Assembly: GCF_050320075.1 (NCBI RefSeq)
Contig: NZ_CP190018.1
Strand: one strand, 5' to 3'
Source of the DNA: Escherichia coli
GTDB taxonomy: Bacteria > Pseudomonadota > Gammaproteobacteria > Enterobacterales > Enterobacteriaceae
Length of the DNA: 64,000 nt
Part shown: piece by piece, positions 49,264 through 59,862 of the stretch
Numbering within the stretch: the first letter of the stretch is position 1
Layout of the letters: each line of letters opens with the position of its first letter
Notes under the pieces: generated by a model
The model's input: only the letters and a program-made list of their open reading frames with translations
Databases searched by the model: none
Told to the model about the DNA's origin: nothing
Translations under genes and position numbers: made by a program

Positions 49264-49269
49264 TTTCCC

Positions 49270-50427
49270 GTGACTTATTTCCGTATTAATCCTGTTCTGG
49301 CGCTGCTGCTGTTGCTGACGGCAATCGCAGCGGCGCTGCCGTTTATCAGTTACGCGCCTAATCGTTTAGTTTCGGGTGAGGGGCGTCATCTCTGGCAGCT
49401 GTGGCCGCAAACGATCTGGATGCTGGTGGGCGTTGGTTGCGCCTGGCTGACGGCCTGTTTTATTCCCGGTAAAAAAGGCAGCATTTGTGCACTCATTCTG
49501 GCGCAATTCGTCTTCGTATTGCTGGTGTGGGGAGCTGGAAAGGCGGCGACCCAACTGGCGCAAAATGGCAGTGCGCTGGCGCGTACCAGCCTCGGCAGTG
49601 GTTTCTGGCTGGCTGCGGCGCTGGCATTGCTGGCCTGTAGCGATGCCATCCGCCGAATCTCCACGCATCCGCTGTGGCGCTGGTTGTTGCATATGCAGAT
49701 TGCCATTATTCCGCTGTGGTTGCTGTACTCCGGCACGCTTAACGATCTCTCACTAATGAAAGAATACGCCAACCGTCAGGATGTGTTTGACGACGCGCTG
49801 GCACAACATCTGACGTTGCTGTTTGGTGCGGTGCTGCCTGCGTTAGTGATTGGTGTGCCGTTGGGCATCTGGTGCTACTTTTCCACTGCTCGGCAGGGGG
49901 CAATTTTTTCTCTGCTCAATGTGATTCAGACCGTGCCTTCGGTGGCGCTCTTTGGCCTGTTGATTGCGCCGCTTGCCGCGCTGGTTACGGCCTTTCCGTG
50001 GCTGGGGACGCTCGGCATAGCAGGAACCGGAATGACACCCGCACTGATTGCGCTGGTGCTCTATGCCTTGCTGCCGCTGGTGCGCGGCGTGGTAGTCGGT
50101 TTGAACCAGATCCCGCGCGATGTGCTGGAAAGCGCCAGAGCGATGGGGATGAGCGGGGCGCAGCGTTTCCTGCATGTTCAGTTACCGCTGGCGTTACCGG
50201 TATTTCTGCGCAGCCTGCGGGTGGTGATGGTGCAAACTGTAGGTATGGCGGTGATTGCGGCGTTAATCGGCGCAGGCGGTTTTGGTGCGCTGGTTTTCCA
50301 GGGGCTGCTAAGCAGTGCCATTGATTTAGTGTTGCTGGGGGTGATCCCGGTAATTGTTCTGGCGGTGCTGATCGATGCGCTGTTCGATTTGCTTATCGCA
50401 CTGCTGAAGGTGAAACGTAATGATTGA
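49270..50427 (+). CDS. yehY: ABC transporter permease YehY
   Basis: 385-aa multi-TM ORF. Confidence 0.9.
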   Translation: MTYFRINPVLALLLLLTAIAAALPFISYAPNRLVSGEGRHLWQLWPQTIWMLVGVGCAWLTACFIPGKKGSICALILAQFVFVLLVWGAGKAATQLAQNGSALARTSLGSGFWLAAALALLACSDAIRRISTHPLWRWLLHMQIAIIPLWLLYSGTLNDLSLMKEYANRQDVFDDALAQHLTLLFGAVLPALVIGVPLGIWCYFSTARQGAIFSLLNVIQTVPSVALFGLLIAPLAALVTAFPWLGTLGIAGTGMTPALIALVLYALLPLVRGVVVGLNQIPRDVLESARAMGMSGAQRFLHVQLPLALPVFLRSLRVVMVQTVGMAVIAALIGAGGFGALVFQGLLSSAIDLVLLGVIPVIVLAVLIDALFDLLIALLKVKRND

Positions 50428-51346
50428 ATTTAGCCATGTCAGCAAACTGTTCGGCGCACAAAAAGCCGTTAACGATCTCAATCTCAATTTTCAGGAGGGG
50501 AGTTTTTCGGTGCTGATTGGTACATCAGGCTCCGGTAAATCCACCACCCTGAAAATGATTAACCGCCTGGTGGAGCATGACAGCGGCGTGATCCGCTTTG
50601 CCGGAGAAGAAATTCGCTCGCTGCCAGTGCTGGAGTTGCGCCGCCGGATGGGCTATGCCATTCAATCTATTGGCCTGTTTCCCCACTGGAGCGTGGCGCA
50701 AAATATTGCCACCGTGCCGCAATTACAAAAATGGTCGCGGGCGCGGATTGACGATCGTATCGACGAATTAATGGCGCTACTGGGGCTGGAGCCAAATTTG
50801 CGTGAGCGTTATCCGCATCAGCTTTCTGGCGGTCAGCAGCAACGTGTGGGAGTGGCGCGCGCACTGGCTGCCGATCCGCAAGTCTTACTGATGGATGAAC
50901 CTTTTGGCGCGCTGGACCCGGTAACGCGCGGCGCGTTGCAACAAGAGATGACGCGCATACACCGTTTGCTGGGGCGTACCATTGTGCTGGTCACTCATGA
51001 TATTGATGAGGCGCTACGACTGGCAGAACATCTGGTGTTGATGGATCACGGTGAAGTGGTGCAGCAGGGCAATCCGCTGACGATGCTGACTCGTCCGGCG
51101 AATGATTTTGTCCGCCAGTTTTTTGGGCATAGTGAACTGGGTGTCCGCCTGCTTTCGTTACGTAGCGTGGCGGATTACGTGCGTCGCGAAGAACGGGCAG
51201 AAGGTGAGGCGCTGGCAGAAGAGATGACTCTACGCGATGCGCTCTCCCTGTTTGTCGCGCGGGGATGCGAGGTGCTGCCGGTGGTGAACACGCAGGGCCA
51301 GCCTTGCGGCACGCTGCATTTTCAGGATCTGCTGGTGGAGGCGTAA
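50420..51346 (+). CDS. yehX: ABC transporter ATPase YehX
   Basis: 308-aa ORF; Walker [10 protein letters not shown], signature LSGGQQQR. Confidence 0.92.
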   Translation: MIEFSHVSKLFGAQKAVNDLNLNFQEGSFSVLIGTSGSGKSTTLKMINRLVEHDSGVIRFAGEEIRSLPVLELRRRMGYAIQSIGLFPHWSVAQNIATVPQLQKWSRARIDDRIDELMALLGLEPNLRERYPHQLSGGQQQRVGVARALAADPQVLLMDEPFGALDPVTRGALQQEMTRIHRLLGRTIVLVTHDIDEALRLAEHLVLMDHGEVVQQGNPLTMLTRPANDFVRQFFGHSELGVRLLSLRSVADYVRREERAEGEALAEEMTLRDALSLFVARGCEVLPVVNTQGQPCGTLHFQDLLVEA

Positions 51347-51350
51347 ACGT

Positions 51351-52082
51351 ATGAAGATGTTGCGCGATCCGCTGTTCTGGCTCATTGCTCTGTTTGTGGC
51401 GCTGATTTTCTGGCTGCCTTACAGCCAGCCGCTGTTTGCTGCCTTGTTCCCACAACTGCCACGACCCGTTTATCAGCAAGAAAGTTTTGCTGCTCTGGCA
51501 CTGGCTCATTTCTGGCTGGTGGGAATTTCGAGTTTGTTTGCGGTGATCATTGGCACTGGTGCAGGAATTATTGTTACTCGCCCGTGGGGCGCGGAATTTC
51601 GCCCACTGGTGGAAACTATTGCCGCCGTTGGACAGACTTTTCCGCCCGTCGCGGTGCTGGCGATTGCCGTTCCGGTGATTGGGTTTGGTCTGCAACCCGC
51701 GATTATCGCCTTGATCCTTTATGGTGTGCTGCCCGTCCTGCAGGCAACACTTGCCGGGCTGGGAGCGATTGATGCCAGCGTGACAGAAGTTGCGAAAGGT
51801 ATGGGAATGAGCCGTGGTCAGCGACTGCGTAAGGTCGAGCTACCGCTGGCGGCTCCGGTGATTCTGGCGGGCGTGCGAACTTCGGTGATTATCAACATTG
51901 GTACGGCGACGATCGCCTCAACGGTAGGGGCCAGCACGCTGGGTACGCCGATCATCATCGGGCTTAGCGGATTTAATACCGCGTATGTGATCCAGGGGGC
52001 GTTACTGGTGGCACTGGCGGCGATCATTGCAGACCGCCTGTTTGAAAGGCTGGTGCAGGCGCTTAGCCAGCACGCAAAATAA
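51351..52082 (+). CDS. yehW: ABC transporter permease YehW
   Basis: 243-aa multi-TM ORF. Confidence 0.9.
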
Positions 52083-52170
52083 AGGTATAACCTGCGAGCA
52101 TGACGCCACCAATTCCGCCTAACGCCATAAACAGGAACAGGGCGATGACCCCAATTTTAGCTATGCGCAT
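52063..52170 (-). CDS. yohO: Small membrane protein YohO (35 aa)
   Basis: Reverse-strand [38 protein letters not shown]; 3' end overlaps yehW 3' end by 20 nt on the opposite strand. Confidence 0.8.
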
Positions 52171-52229
52171 AATGCACTCCTTATGTTAACGAAAGGATTG
52201 TACAGTAAAGCGCATTTGTTAACGAATCA

Positions 52230-52961
52230 TTAAATGCCGAGTGGGAAAATATCATGGCCTTGTTCCTGCCAACTGGTGAGTTGCTGCTGTTGGGCGGAGG
52301 TTCGATTTTCACCGCACCACACCAGCAATGTACGGCCTTCGAACAGTTCAGGGCGTAGTTGATTGAGCGAGTGGGCGAGGACATCAATGCGCCATCCTTG
52401 TTGACTGGCAATCCAGCCCTCCAGCCACAGACGGGTGGTATCATGAATATTCCAGCCAACCACCAACGCATCTTTACCCTGTTTTTTACGTGCCGAAGCC
52501 AGGCAAATGGCGATGTAGTTGATCAGTACGCCGTCGAGGATCGCCAGCAGCGCCTGGAGAGTCGGTTGTTGGCACTGAAGTCGTCGGCGCAGAGGAATAA
52601 ACAGATGTGTGGTGAGCGTCTGGGCGGGGTAATCCTGACCGCGCTCTTTGATCCACGTTCGCAGGCTATGCAGATTGCCGCTTTGCAGGTAAGTCAGTAA
52701 TGTTTCTTGCTGATCGCGCCAGCCGTTCTGCACATCAACATTTTCATTACTGAGCAGCATTTTAACTTTGCTGACCTGCACGCCGTTGTCGATCCAGCGT
52801 TTGATCTCGCGGATCCGGTCAATATCGGCATCGTTGAACAGCCGATGGCCGCCGTCTGTCCGTTGCGGTTTCAGCAATCCGTAACGCCTCTGCCACGCGC
52901 GTAACGTGACAGGGTTAATATCACAAAGCAACGCCACTTCACCAATTGTGTAAAGCGCCAT
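52230..52961 (-). CDS. mlrA: MerR-family regulator MlrA (YehV)
   Basis: 243-aa ORF MALYTIGEVALLCDINPVTLRAWQRRYGLLKPQRTDGGHRLF... Confidence 0.93.
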   Translation of the reverse strand: MALYTIGEVALLCDINPVTLRAWQRRYGLLKPQRTDGGHRLFNDADIDRIREIKRWIDNGVQVSKVKMLLSNENVDVQNGWRDQQETLLTYLQSGNLHSLRTWIKERGQDYPAQTLTTHLFIPLRRRLQCQQPTLQALLAILDGVLINYIAICLASARKKQGKDALVVGWNIHDTTRLWLEGWIASQQGWRIDVLAHSLNQLRPELFEGRTLLVWCGENRTSAQQQQLTSWQEQGHDIFPLGI

Positions 52962-53182
52962 CGTCTCACCCTTGCTCGCGAGGTCCCGGTTTAACTTTAG
53001 ACGCAGTTTTGCGAACCAGGTAGTTTTGCCCGTTTTTTGTGCATCTATAGGGTGATTTTATTTTTGCCAGGCGATTTTGAGTGATCGTACTCACGAATTC
53101 TCATTTTTCTGCAAGAGTTCAAAGAAAGTTAAACGCAGGCAATGTATGTTACGCGTTTTAAAGGGAAGTGTGGTTTGCGGGT

Positions 53183-54868
53183 ATGTACGATTTTAATCTG
53201 GTGTTGCTGCTGCTTCAGCAGATGTGCGTTTTTTTAGTCATTGCGTGGTTAATGAGTAAAACGCCATTATTCATACCGTTAATGCAGGTCACGGTTCGTC
53301 TGCCGCATAAATTTCTCTGCTACATCGTCTTTTCCATCTTCTGCATCATGGGCACCTGGTTTGGGTTGCACATTGACGATTCTATTGCCAATACCCGTGC
53401 GATAGGCGCGGTAATGGGCGGCTTACTCGGCGGTCCGGTCGTCGGTGGGCTGGTTGGTCTGACCGGCGGGTTACATCGATATTCGATGGGGGGCATGACC
53501 GCGCTAAGTTGCATGATCTCGACCATCGTTGAAGGGTTGCTCGGCGGCCTGGTACACAGCATCCTGATCCGTCGCGGGCGCACTGATAAAGTCTTTAACC
53601 CCATTACCGCCGGTGCCGTCACGTTCGTCGCTGAAATGGTGCAAATGTTGATCATCCTGGCAATCGCCCGACCTTATGAAGATGCGGTGCGTCTGGTGAG
53701 TAATATTGCTGCGCCAATGATGGTCACCAATACCGTCGGCGCGGCGCTGTTTATGCGTATATTGCTCGATAAACGCGCGATGTTTGAAAAATACACTTCG
53801 GCTTTTTCTGCCACTGCGCTAAAAGTGGCTGCCTCGACGGAAGGCATTTTGCGCCAGGGGTTTAACGAAGTGAACAGCATGAAAGTGGCACAGGTGCTGT
53901 ATCAGGAGCTGGATATTGGTGCAGTCGCGATTACCGATCGAGAGAAATTGCTGGCCTTTACCGGAATTGGTGACGATCACCATTTACCCGGCAAACCGAT
54001 TTCTTCGACTTACACCTTAAAAGCGATTGAAACCGGTGAAGTGGTCTACGCTGATGGCAACGAAGTACCTTATCGTTGCTCTTTGCATCCGCAATGCAAA
54101 CTGGGGTCGACGCTGGTAATTCCGTTGCGTGGTGAAAATCAGCGGGTGATGGGTACCATCAAATTGTATGAAGCCAAAAACCGTTTATTCAGTTCAATCA
54201 ATCGCACGCTGGGTGAGGGGATTGCGCAACTGCTTTCGGCGCAGATCCTCGCCGGGCAATATGAGCGGCAAAAAGCGATGCTCACCCAGTCAGAGATCAA
54301 ACTGCTTCACGCCCAGGTGAACCCCCATTTTTTGTTTAATGCGCTTAACACCATTAAAGCGGTGATCCGCCGCGACAGCGAACAGGCCAGCCAGCTGGTG
54401 CAGTATCTTTCCACTTTTTTCCGCAAAAACTTAAAGCGGCCTTCGGAGTTTGTTACTCTCGCCGACGAAATTGAACATGTGAACGCTTATCTGCAAATTG
54501 AAAAGGCGCGCTTCCAGTCGCGGTTGCAGGTCAACATTGCTATTCCGCAAGAATTATCCCAGCAGCAATTGCCCGCGTTTACCCTGCAACCGATAGTGGA
54601 AAACGCTATTAAACATGGGACATCACAACTGCTGGATACAGGGCGAGTGGCAATCAGCGCCCGACGTGAGGGGCAACATTTGATGCTGGAGATCGAAGAC
54701 AACGCCGGTTTGTATCAACCGGTAACCAATGCCAGTGGGCTGGGGATGAATCTGGTGGATAAGCGTTTACGTGAACGGTTTGGCGATGACTATGGGATAA
54801 GCGTCGCCTGTGAGCCTGATAGTTACACCCGAATAACGTTACGACTACCATGGAGGGACGAGGCATGA
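53183..54868 (+). CDS. btsS: LytS-type sensor histidine kinase BtsS (YehU)
   Basis: 561-aa protein from ATG at 53183; membrane domain, GAF-like region, His-kinase motifs ([15 protein letters not shown]). Confidence 0.92.
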   Translation: MYDFNLVLLLLQQMCVFLVIAWLMSKTPLFIPLMQVTVRLPHKFLCYIVFSIFCIMGTWFGLHIDDSIANTRAIGAVMGGLLGGPVVGGLVGLTGGLHRYSMGGMTALSCMISTIVEGLLGGLVHSILIRRGRTDKVFNPITAGAVTFVAEMVQMLIILAIARPYEDAVRLVSNIAAPMMVTNTVGAALFMRILLDKRAMFEKYTSAFSATALKVAASTEGILRQGFNEVNSMKVAQVLYQELDIGAVAITDREKLLAFTGIGDDHHLPGKPISSTYTLKAIETGEVVYADGNEVPYRCSLHPQCKLGSTLVIPLRGENQRVMGTIKLYEAKNRLFSSINRTLGEGIAQLLSAQILAGQYERQKAMLTQSEIKLLHAQVNPHFLFNALNTIKAVIRRDSEQASQLVQYLSTFFRKNLKRPSEFVTLADEIEHVNAYLQIEKARFQSRLQVNIAIPQELSQQQLPAFTLQPIVENAIKHGTSQLLDTGRVAISARREGQHLMLEIEDNAGLYQPVTNASGLGMNLVDKRLRERFGDDYGISVACEPDSYTRITLRLPWRDEA

Positions 54869-55584
54869 TTAAAGTCTTAATTGTCGATGATGAGCCGTTA
54901 GCACGGGAGAACCTGCGCGTATTTTTGCAGGAGCAGAGCGATATTGAAATCGTTGGAGAGTGTTCAAACGCCGTGGAAGGGATCGGCGCGGTGCATAAAC
55001 TGCGCCCGGATGTGCTGTTTCTTGATATCCAGATGCCGCGCATCAGTGGTCTGGAAATGGTGGGGATGCTCGACCCGGAACATCGTCCGTATATCGTTTT
55101 TCTCACCGCGTTTGATGAATACGCCATTAAAGCCTTTGAAGAACATGCTTTTGATTATCTGCTGAAGCCAATTGATGAAGCGCGACTGGAGAAAACGCTG
55201 GCGCGATTGCGTCTGGAGCGCAGCAAGCAGGATGTTTCGCTGTTACCGGAAAATCAACAGGCGCTGAAATTTATCCCTTGTACGGGGCATAGTCGGATTT
55301 ATTTGCTGCAAATGAAAGATGTAGCATTTGTCAGCAGTCGGATGAGCGGTGTCTACGTTACCAGTCACGAAGGGAAAGAGGGCTTTACCGAATTGACATT
55401 ACGTACCCTGGAGAGTCGTACACCACTACTACGCTGCCATCGTCAGTATCTGGTTAACCTCGCGCATTTACAGGAGATTCGTCTGGAAGATAACGGCCAG
55501 GCCGAGTTGATTTTGCGTAATGGCTTAACCGTGCCGGTCAGCCGTCGTTATCTGAAAAGCTTAAAAGAGGCGATTGGCCTGTAA
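54865..55584 (+). CDS. btsR: LytTR-family response regulator BtsR (YehT)
   Basis: 239-aa protein [16 protein letters not shown]...; ATGA overlap with btsS stop. Confidence 0.92.
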   Translation: MIKVLIVDDEPLARENLRVFLQEQSDIEIVGECSNAVEGIGAVHKLRPDVLFLDIQMPRISGLEMVGMLDPEHRPYIVFLTAFDEYAIKAFEEHAFDYLLKPIDEARLEKTLARLRLERSKQDVSLLPENQQALKFIPCTGHSRIYLLQMKDVAFVSSRMSGVYVTSHEGKEGFTELTLRTLESRTPLLRCHRQYLVNLAHLQEIRLEDNGQAELILRNGLTVPVSRRYLKSLKEAIGL

Positions 55585-55630
55585 AAGACTGCTAAAATGG
55601 CTTTTTGCCTCATCAACACCTGAAGGCCTC

Positions 55631-56101
55631 ATGCTAAGTAACGATATTCTGCGCAGCGTGCGCTACATTTTGAAAGCCAATAATAATGACCTGGTGCGTA
55701 TTCTGGCGCTGGGTAATGTCGAAGCCACCACGGAACAGATCGCCGTCTGGCTACGTAAAGAAGACGAAGAGGGTTTTCAGCGTTGTCCGGACATTGTTTT
55801 GTCTTCCTTCCTCAATGGCCTGATTTATGAAAAACGCGGCAAGGATGAGTCTGCTCCGGCACTGGAGCCGGAACGTCGCATTAATAACAACATCGTGCTG
55901 AAAAAATTACGCATCGCGTTTTCGCTGAAGACCGATGACATTCTGGCGATCCTCACCGAACAGCAGTTCCGCGTTTCGATGCCGGAAATTACGGCGATGA
56001 TGCGTGCACCGGATCATAAAAACTTCCGCGAATGCGGCGATCAATTTTTACGTTATTTTCTGCGTGGACTGGCAGCGCGCCAGCATGTGAAGAAAAGCTA
56101 A
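55631..56101 (+). CDS. yehS: DUF1456 protein YehS
   Basis: 156-aa protein from ATG at 55631 (MLSNDILRSVRYILKANNNDL...). Confidence 0.88.
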   Translation: MLSNDILRSVRYILKANNNDLVRILALGNVEATTEQIAVWLRKEDEEGFQRCPDIVLSSFLNGLIYEKRGKDESAPALEPERRINNNIVLKKLRIAFSLKTDDILAILTEQQFRVSMPEITAMMRAPDHKNFRECGDQFLRYFLRGLAARQHVKKS

Positions 56102-56142
56102 GACGGGTATGGCGGCCATGCAAAAACATGGCCGCCGACAGA

Positions 56143-56604
56143 TTATTTCACTTCTTTAAAACCAGCGGCTTTCATCACCAGTTCCATTTGCGCCATAGTG
56201 ATACCTTTTTTGGCATCTTCAGCAGAAACGTTGATTCCTGAAATACCCTGCAGGGCTTTGAAATCCACTTTTTCCATATCGATAGTCACGTTTTCCTGCG
56301 CGTAGGTATCGGTATAGGTTAATTTTTCTTCAACACCCGCGATGTTTTTGTATTTGGCGCTTAACGGCTCAAGTGTCTTGGCAGCATCTTCTTTGGTGGT
56401 TGCACCAATGGAGGCAAATTGAATTTTGGTTTCAGAAGATTGCTTAAGCACCTTGTCACCTTTGTAGACATAGGTAATGGCAATTTCAGTACCGTTCAGA
56501 TTGGCGCTGAATTTTTTCGATTCTTCTTTGTCACCGCAGCCAGCAAGAGAGAAAACCAGAACAGATGCAACAACGAGGGAAAACAGCTTATTGAAAGCCT
56601 TCAT
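56143..56604 (-). CDS. yehR: Lipoprotein YehR (DUF1307)
   Basis: 153-aa protein from ATG at 56604; lipobox SLAGC. Confidence 0.88.
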   Translation of the reverse strand: MKAFNKLFSLVVASVLVFSLAGCGDKEESKKFSANLNGTEIAITYVYKGDKVLKQSSETKIQFASIGATTKEDAAKTLEPLSAKYKNIAGVEEKLTYTDTYAQENVTIDMEKVDFKALQGISGINVSAEDAKKGITMAQMELVMKAAGFKEVK

Positions 56605-56728
56605 GTAAAACTCCATTTTATTTAATCAAGAAACTGGTGACTCTCACCAGGAGCTATATAGGATATGCCTAATACCGTGACGTGAGCAGTCCGGAACTGG
56701 AGTAGAACTCTTAGTAAAAAGCACTATT

Positions 56729-58729
56729 TCATCCTTGTTGCTGAAGCATGGGGAATAATTGTTCGCAAAGTAAAACACCGTTATTCATTGCTTCTACCCG
56801 TGCCTCGCTTTCTGTATTACGAAATTGTGCCAACACATGTGCCAGCCGATAAAAAACCACCGCGGTGAGGTCATTCGCCAGCAACTCTGCCTGACCAATA
56901 GCACTCTGTTCCTGATAGCGCCAGCCGTTATGGAGCAGTTGAATAAGTAACGCCTGGCAGCGCATCAGCAACTGATGAGCGGTAGACGGCACAGGCAAAA
57001 CGCTGGCAGAAGGTAGCGGTGCCACAGGCGCAGTTTCTGCGTCCAGCGCCCAGGCGCGGGTTTTGGTCATCATTACCCGTGGTTCCAGTGTCAATTGCCC
57101 CTCTACAAAGCTGACAAAGCCAGAAACCAGACTCACGGGGTCGTCTGTTTGTTGCAAAAGCGCCGCCATGCGTTCAACGGCAAAAGGAGAACAGGCAGAT
57201 GCCGGAAGGGATAACGTCAGCAGATTATCTTCACCTTCGCCGCTGATTACCTGCGCGTCCAGCGTCTGGCGGCTGCTATCCCAACCGAGTGAAATACACT
57301 CAGCGACTGGCAGAATAAATAAGTTATCCACCTGATTAAGAGGCCGTATGCAGGCGGGGGGACGCTGGCGTAAATATTCACGCAAAGCCACAATGCCCGG
57401 CTGGCGCAACGGCGCACTCAACATTTGCCAGGCGTCTGGCGACAGTGGAACAACACTACTCAAGCGGTTGCGGGTAGCTAACAGCAGCTCGCCATCGGCA
57501 CTGCGTTTTGCTGCTTGTGAAACAATTTGCCCACCAGCCAGTGCGCCAGCCTGAAAACTAAACAGCCGACGCGTCGCTGCCGGTGAGTTTTCCTGTTCGC
57601 TTCTCGGCCAACTACGCGAAAGATGCAAAATACTGCCGGTGTCGGGATCGGTAAACCAGATGCGTAAACCATACTGCTCAATATCCTGCCAGCAACGCAT
57701 ACCTAAAGACACCAGCCGCAGATGATCAAGCTTTGCTTCTCCGGCAATGCCAGCGCCAACGACCGTGCGCCACGGCATGGGAGGAACTTCACCAACACTG
57801 TCGCGCCGGGCCATCTCTTGTGCACAATTTAATCGATTGTTTAATGCCGCAAGCTGACGTAAGCATTCTCCGGCATGATAGTGGCTGGCGCGGGCGTGGA
57901 AGGCATCAACGCTGGCGCGCAGTTGCCGTAGCGATTCACTCACCCAGCGCCAGTTGCAGCGTTCCGCCGCTTGCTGCGCGCGGCTGAAAGCAGCCTCGTA
58001 ATGAATAAGCGGCTGGCTGATGCCGCCAAGCCATAACGCCTGGCTTAATTGCTGAACATATTGACGACACGCGTCCCCCTCATCGTTGGCAAACGGATCG
58101 TCAGATGATGTGACGTGTTCGCTGCGCATCTGCCAGATTAAATGAGTAAATTCCGCTTGCTGCGCTTTGGCCTGGACAAAGGCCTGTACTGCCAGTACGA
58201 CATGTTCGCAAAGTGTTCCTTCAATACAATCACAGCGAGCGAAACGAATGCTGCTGCGGGAATAAAAACGTACATCGCTCATCGGTAAGCGGGCAGAGGG
58301 AATTTCGCTCGGCGTACAGAACAACTCAATGGTGATGCCTTTAGCGACCAGTGCCTGTGCGCGTTTGCGGGTGGCATCGGGCAGGGTAGCCAGTTCTTCC
58401 AGCCAGATTGCCGGATCCCACTCTTCTTCTTTTTCCGTAGTCTGGGTGGTGGCGCAAAGTCGCTGATAACTTAAAACCAGCATCACGCGATGGCGGCACA
58501 TGCCGCTGGCCCCGCAGCTGCACTGAGCCTCTTTCAGTGCCTGACCGTTCGCCAGCTGGGTACGGACACCGTCACTGAAGGTGGCGATTAAAGCGCCGTT
58601 CTCATGGCTGATCTCCGGGACGTTGCCATTTTCCAGTTCCTTAAGACTGCGCTTAACAAAACCGGCATTGCTTAACGCTGTCAGGGCCTGCGGTGTCAGT
58701 TCTAATAATTCCGGACGTAGTGAATTCAT
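56729..58729 (-). CDS. yehQ: SWIM zinc-finger protein YehQ
   Basis: ORF from ATG at 58729 (MNSLRPELLELTPQ...); two CxCx(n)CxH SWIM-type motifs (AQCSCGASGMCRHR, ARCDCIEGTLCEH); ATGA overlap with yehP stop. Confidence 0.85.
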   Translation of the reverse strand: MNSLRPELLELTPQALTALSNAGFVKRSLKELENGNVPEISHENGALIATFSDGVRTQLANGQALKEAQCSCGASGMCRHRVMLVLSYQRLCATTQTTEKEEEWDPAIWLEELATLPDATRKRAQALVAKGITIELFCTPSEIPSARLPMSDVRFYSRSSIRFARCDCIEGTLCEHVVLAVQAFVQAKAQQAEFTHLIWQMRSEHVTSSDDPFANDEGDACRQYVQQLSQALWLGGISQPLIHYEAAFSRAQQAAERCNWRWVSESLRQLRASVDAFHARASHYHAGECLRQLAALNNRLNCAQEMARRDSVGEVPPMPWRTVVGAGIAGEAKLDHLRLVSLGMRCWQDIEQYGLRIWFTDPDTGSILHLSRSWPRSEQENSPAATRRLFSFQAGALAGGQIVSQAAKRSADGELLLATRNRLSSVVPLSPDAWQMLSAPLRQPGIVALREYLRQRPPACIRPLNQVDNLFILPVAECISLGWDSSRQTLDAQVISGEGEDNLLTLSLPASACSPFAVERMAALLQQTDDPVSLVSGFVSFVEGQLTLEPRVMMTKTRAWALDAETAPVAPLPSASVLPVPSTAHQLLMRCQALLIQLLHNGWRYQEQSAIGQAELLANDLTAVVFYRLAHVLAQFRNTESEARVEAMNNGVLLCEQLFPMLQQQG

Positions 58730-59862
58730 GACTGAAGATTCTCCGCAAGCCATGATGCCAGCTCGCCCGGTGTCATGGCGGCTATTTGTGCGCCGACATT
58801 AACCAGCGCCTGGGCCGTATCGTGGTCATAGCAAGGTGTTGCGGTGCTATCGAGCGCCGCCAGTCCCAGCACTTTGATGCCGCTCTGGACACACTTTTTC
58901 ACCTGATGCGTCAGTAATGATGATGAACCCCCTTCGTAAAAATCGCTCACGAGGATAATGACGCTTTTCGCTGGTTGTTCAATAAGTTGCCGACCATATT
59001 CCATGGCACTGGCGATATTGGTTCCGCCGCCTAATTGCACTTTCATTAATAACTCTACCGGATCGGCAACGTCTGCCGTGAGATCAACCACGCTGGTGTC
59101 AAACGCCACCAGATGGGTACGAATACCGGGTAACTGCCATAAACAGGCCGCCATCACCGCTGAGTGGATCACCGAGTCAACCATCGATCCGCTTTGATCA
59201 ACCAGTAAGACCAGTTGCCATTGATCGCTATGGCGCTTAATGCGGCTGTTAAAGCGGGGGGATTCGATATACAACTTGCCGTGTTGCGGATGCCAGTGTT
59301 GCAGGTTGGCACGCAGCGTACTTTTGAAATCGAAATTACGCGCCAGTGGAATAAATGAGCGACGGCGGCGATCGCGGACACCAGAAAAAGCCTGGCGAAC
59401 TTCCTTTGCCAGTCGCGCCATAATCTCTTCAACAACCTGGCGCACTATCCGGCGAGCGGCAGCCAGCACTTCGGGATTCATCAGATGTTTGGTGTGCAAA
59501 ACGGCGCGTAGCAGGCTTTCAGAAGGCTGCATACGTTCCAGTACGTCGAGATTCGTCACCACATCTTCAATGCCATAGCGCAGCACGGCATCGCTTTCCA
59601 GCCGCTCGATCACCTGTTGCGGAAACAGCGTGTGAATACTGTTGATCCACTCAGGGGTGGTGAGATTTGAGCAACCTAATCCACCGGAGCGTTCACCACG
59701 CTGGAGCCGTTCAGGATCGCGCCCATACAGCCACTCCAGCGCGTGGTCTATCTGCCGGGCATTGTCATCCAGCCCACAAAGGGTCGTTTCTGCCGCTTCG
59801 CCAAGAATTAATCGCCAGCGTTGTAGCTCACGGGTGGTCAGAAGATCGTTCAGTTCAGACAT
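58726..59862 (-). CDS. yehP: von Willebrand factor A domain protein YehP
   Basis: 378-aa protein from ATG at 59862 (MSELNDLLTTRELQRW...); MIDAS motif DQSGS in LVLLVDQSGSM. Confidence 0.88.
   Translation of the reverse strand: MSELNDLLTTRELQRWRLILGEAAETTLCGLDDNARQIDHALEWLYGRDPERLQRGERSGGLGCSNLTTPEWINSIHTLFPQQVIERLESDAVLRYGIEDVVTNLDVLERMQPSESLLRAVLHTKHLMNPEVLAAARRIVRQVVEEIMARLAKEVRQAFSGVRDRRRRSFIPLARNFDFKSTLRANLQHWHPQHGKLYIESPRFNSRIKRHSDQWQLVLLVDQSGSMVDSVIHSAVMAACLWQLPGIRTHLVAFDTSVVDLTADVADPVELLMKVQLGGGTNIASAMEYGRQLIEQPAKSVIILVSDFYEGGSSSLLTHQVKKCVQSGIKVLGLAALDSTATPCYDHDTAQALVNVGAQIAAMTPGELASWLAENLQS

Noticed and set aside
50991-51695. 234-aa minus-strand ORF across yehX and yehW
   Set aside because: Antisense shadow ORF with a low-complexity Pro/Ala/Arg-rich translation.
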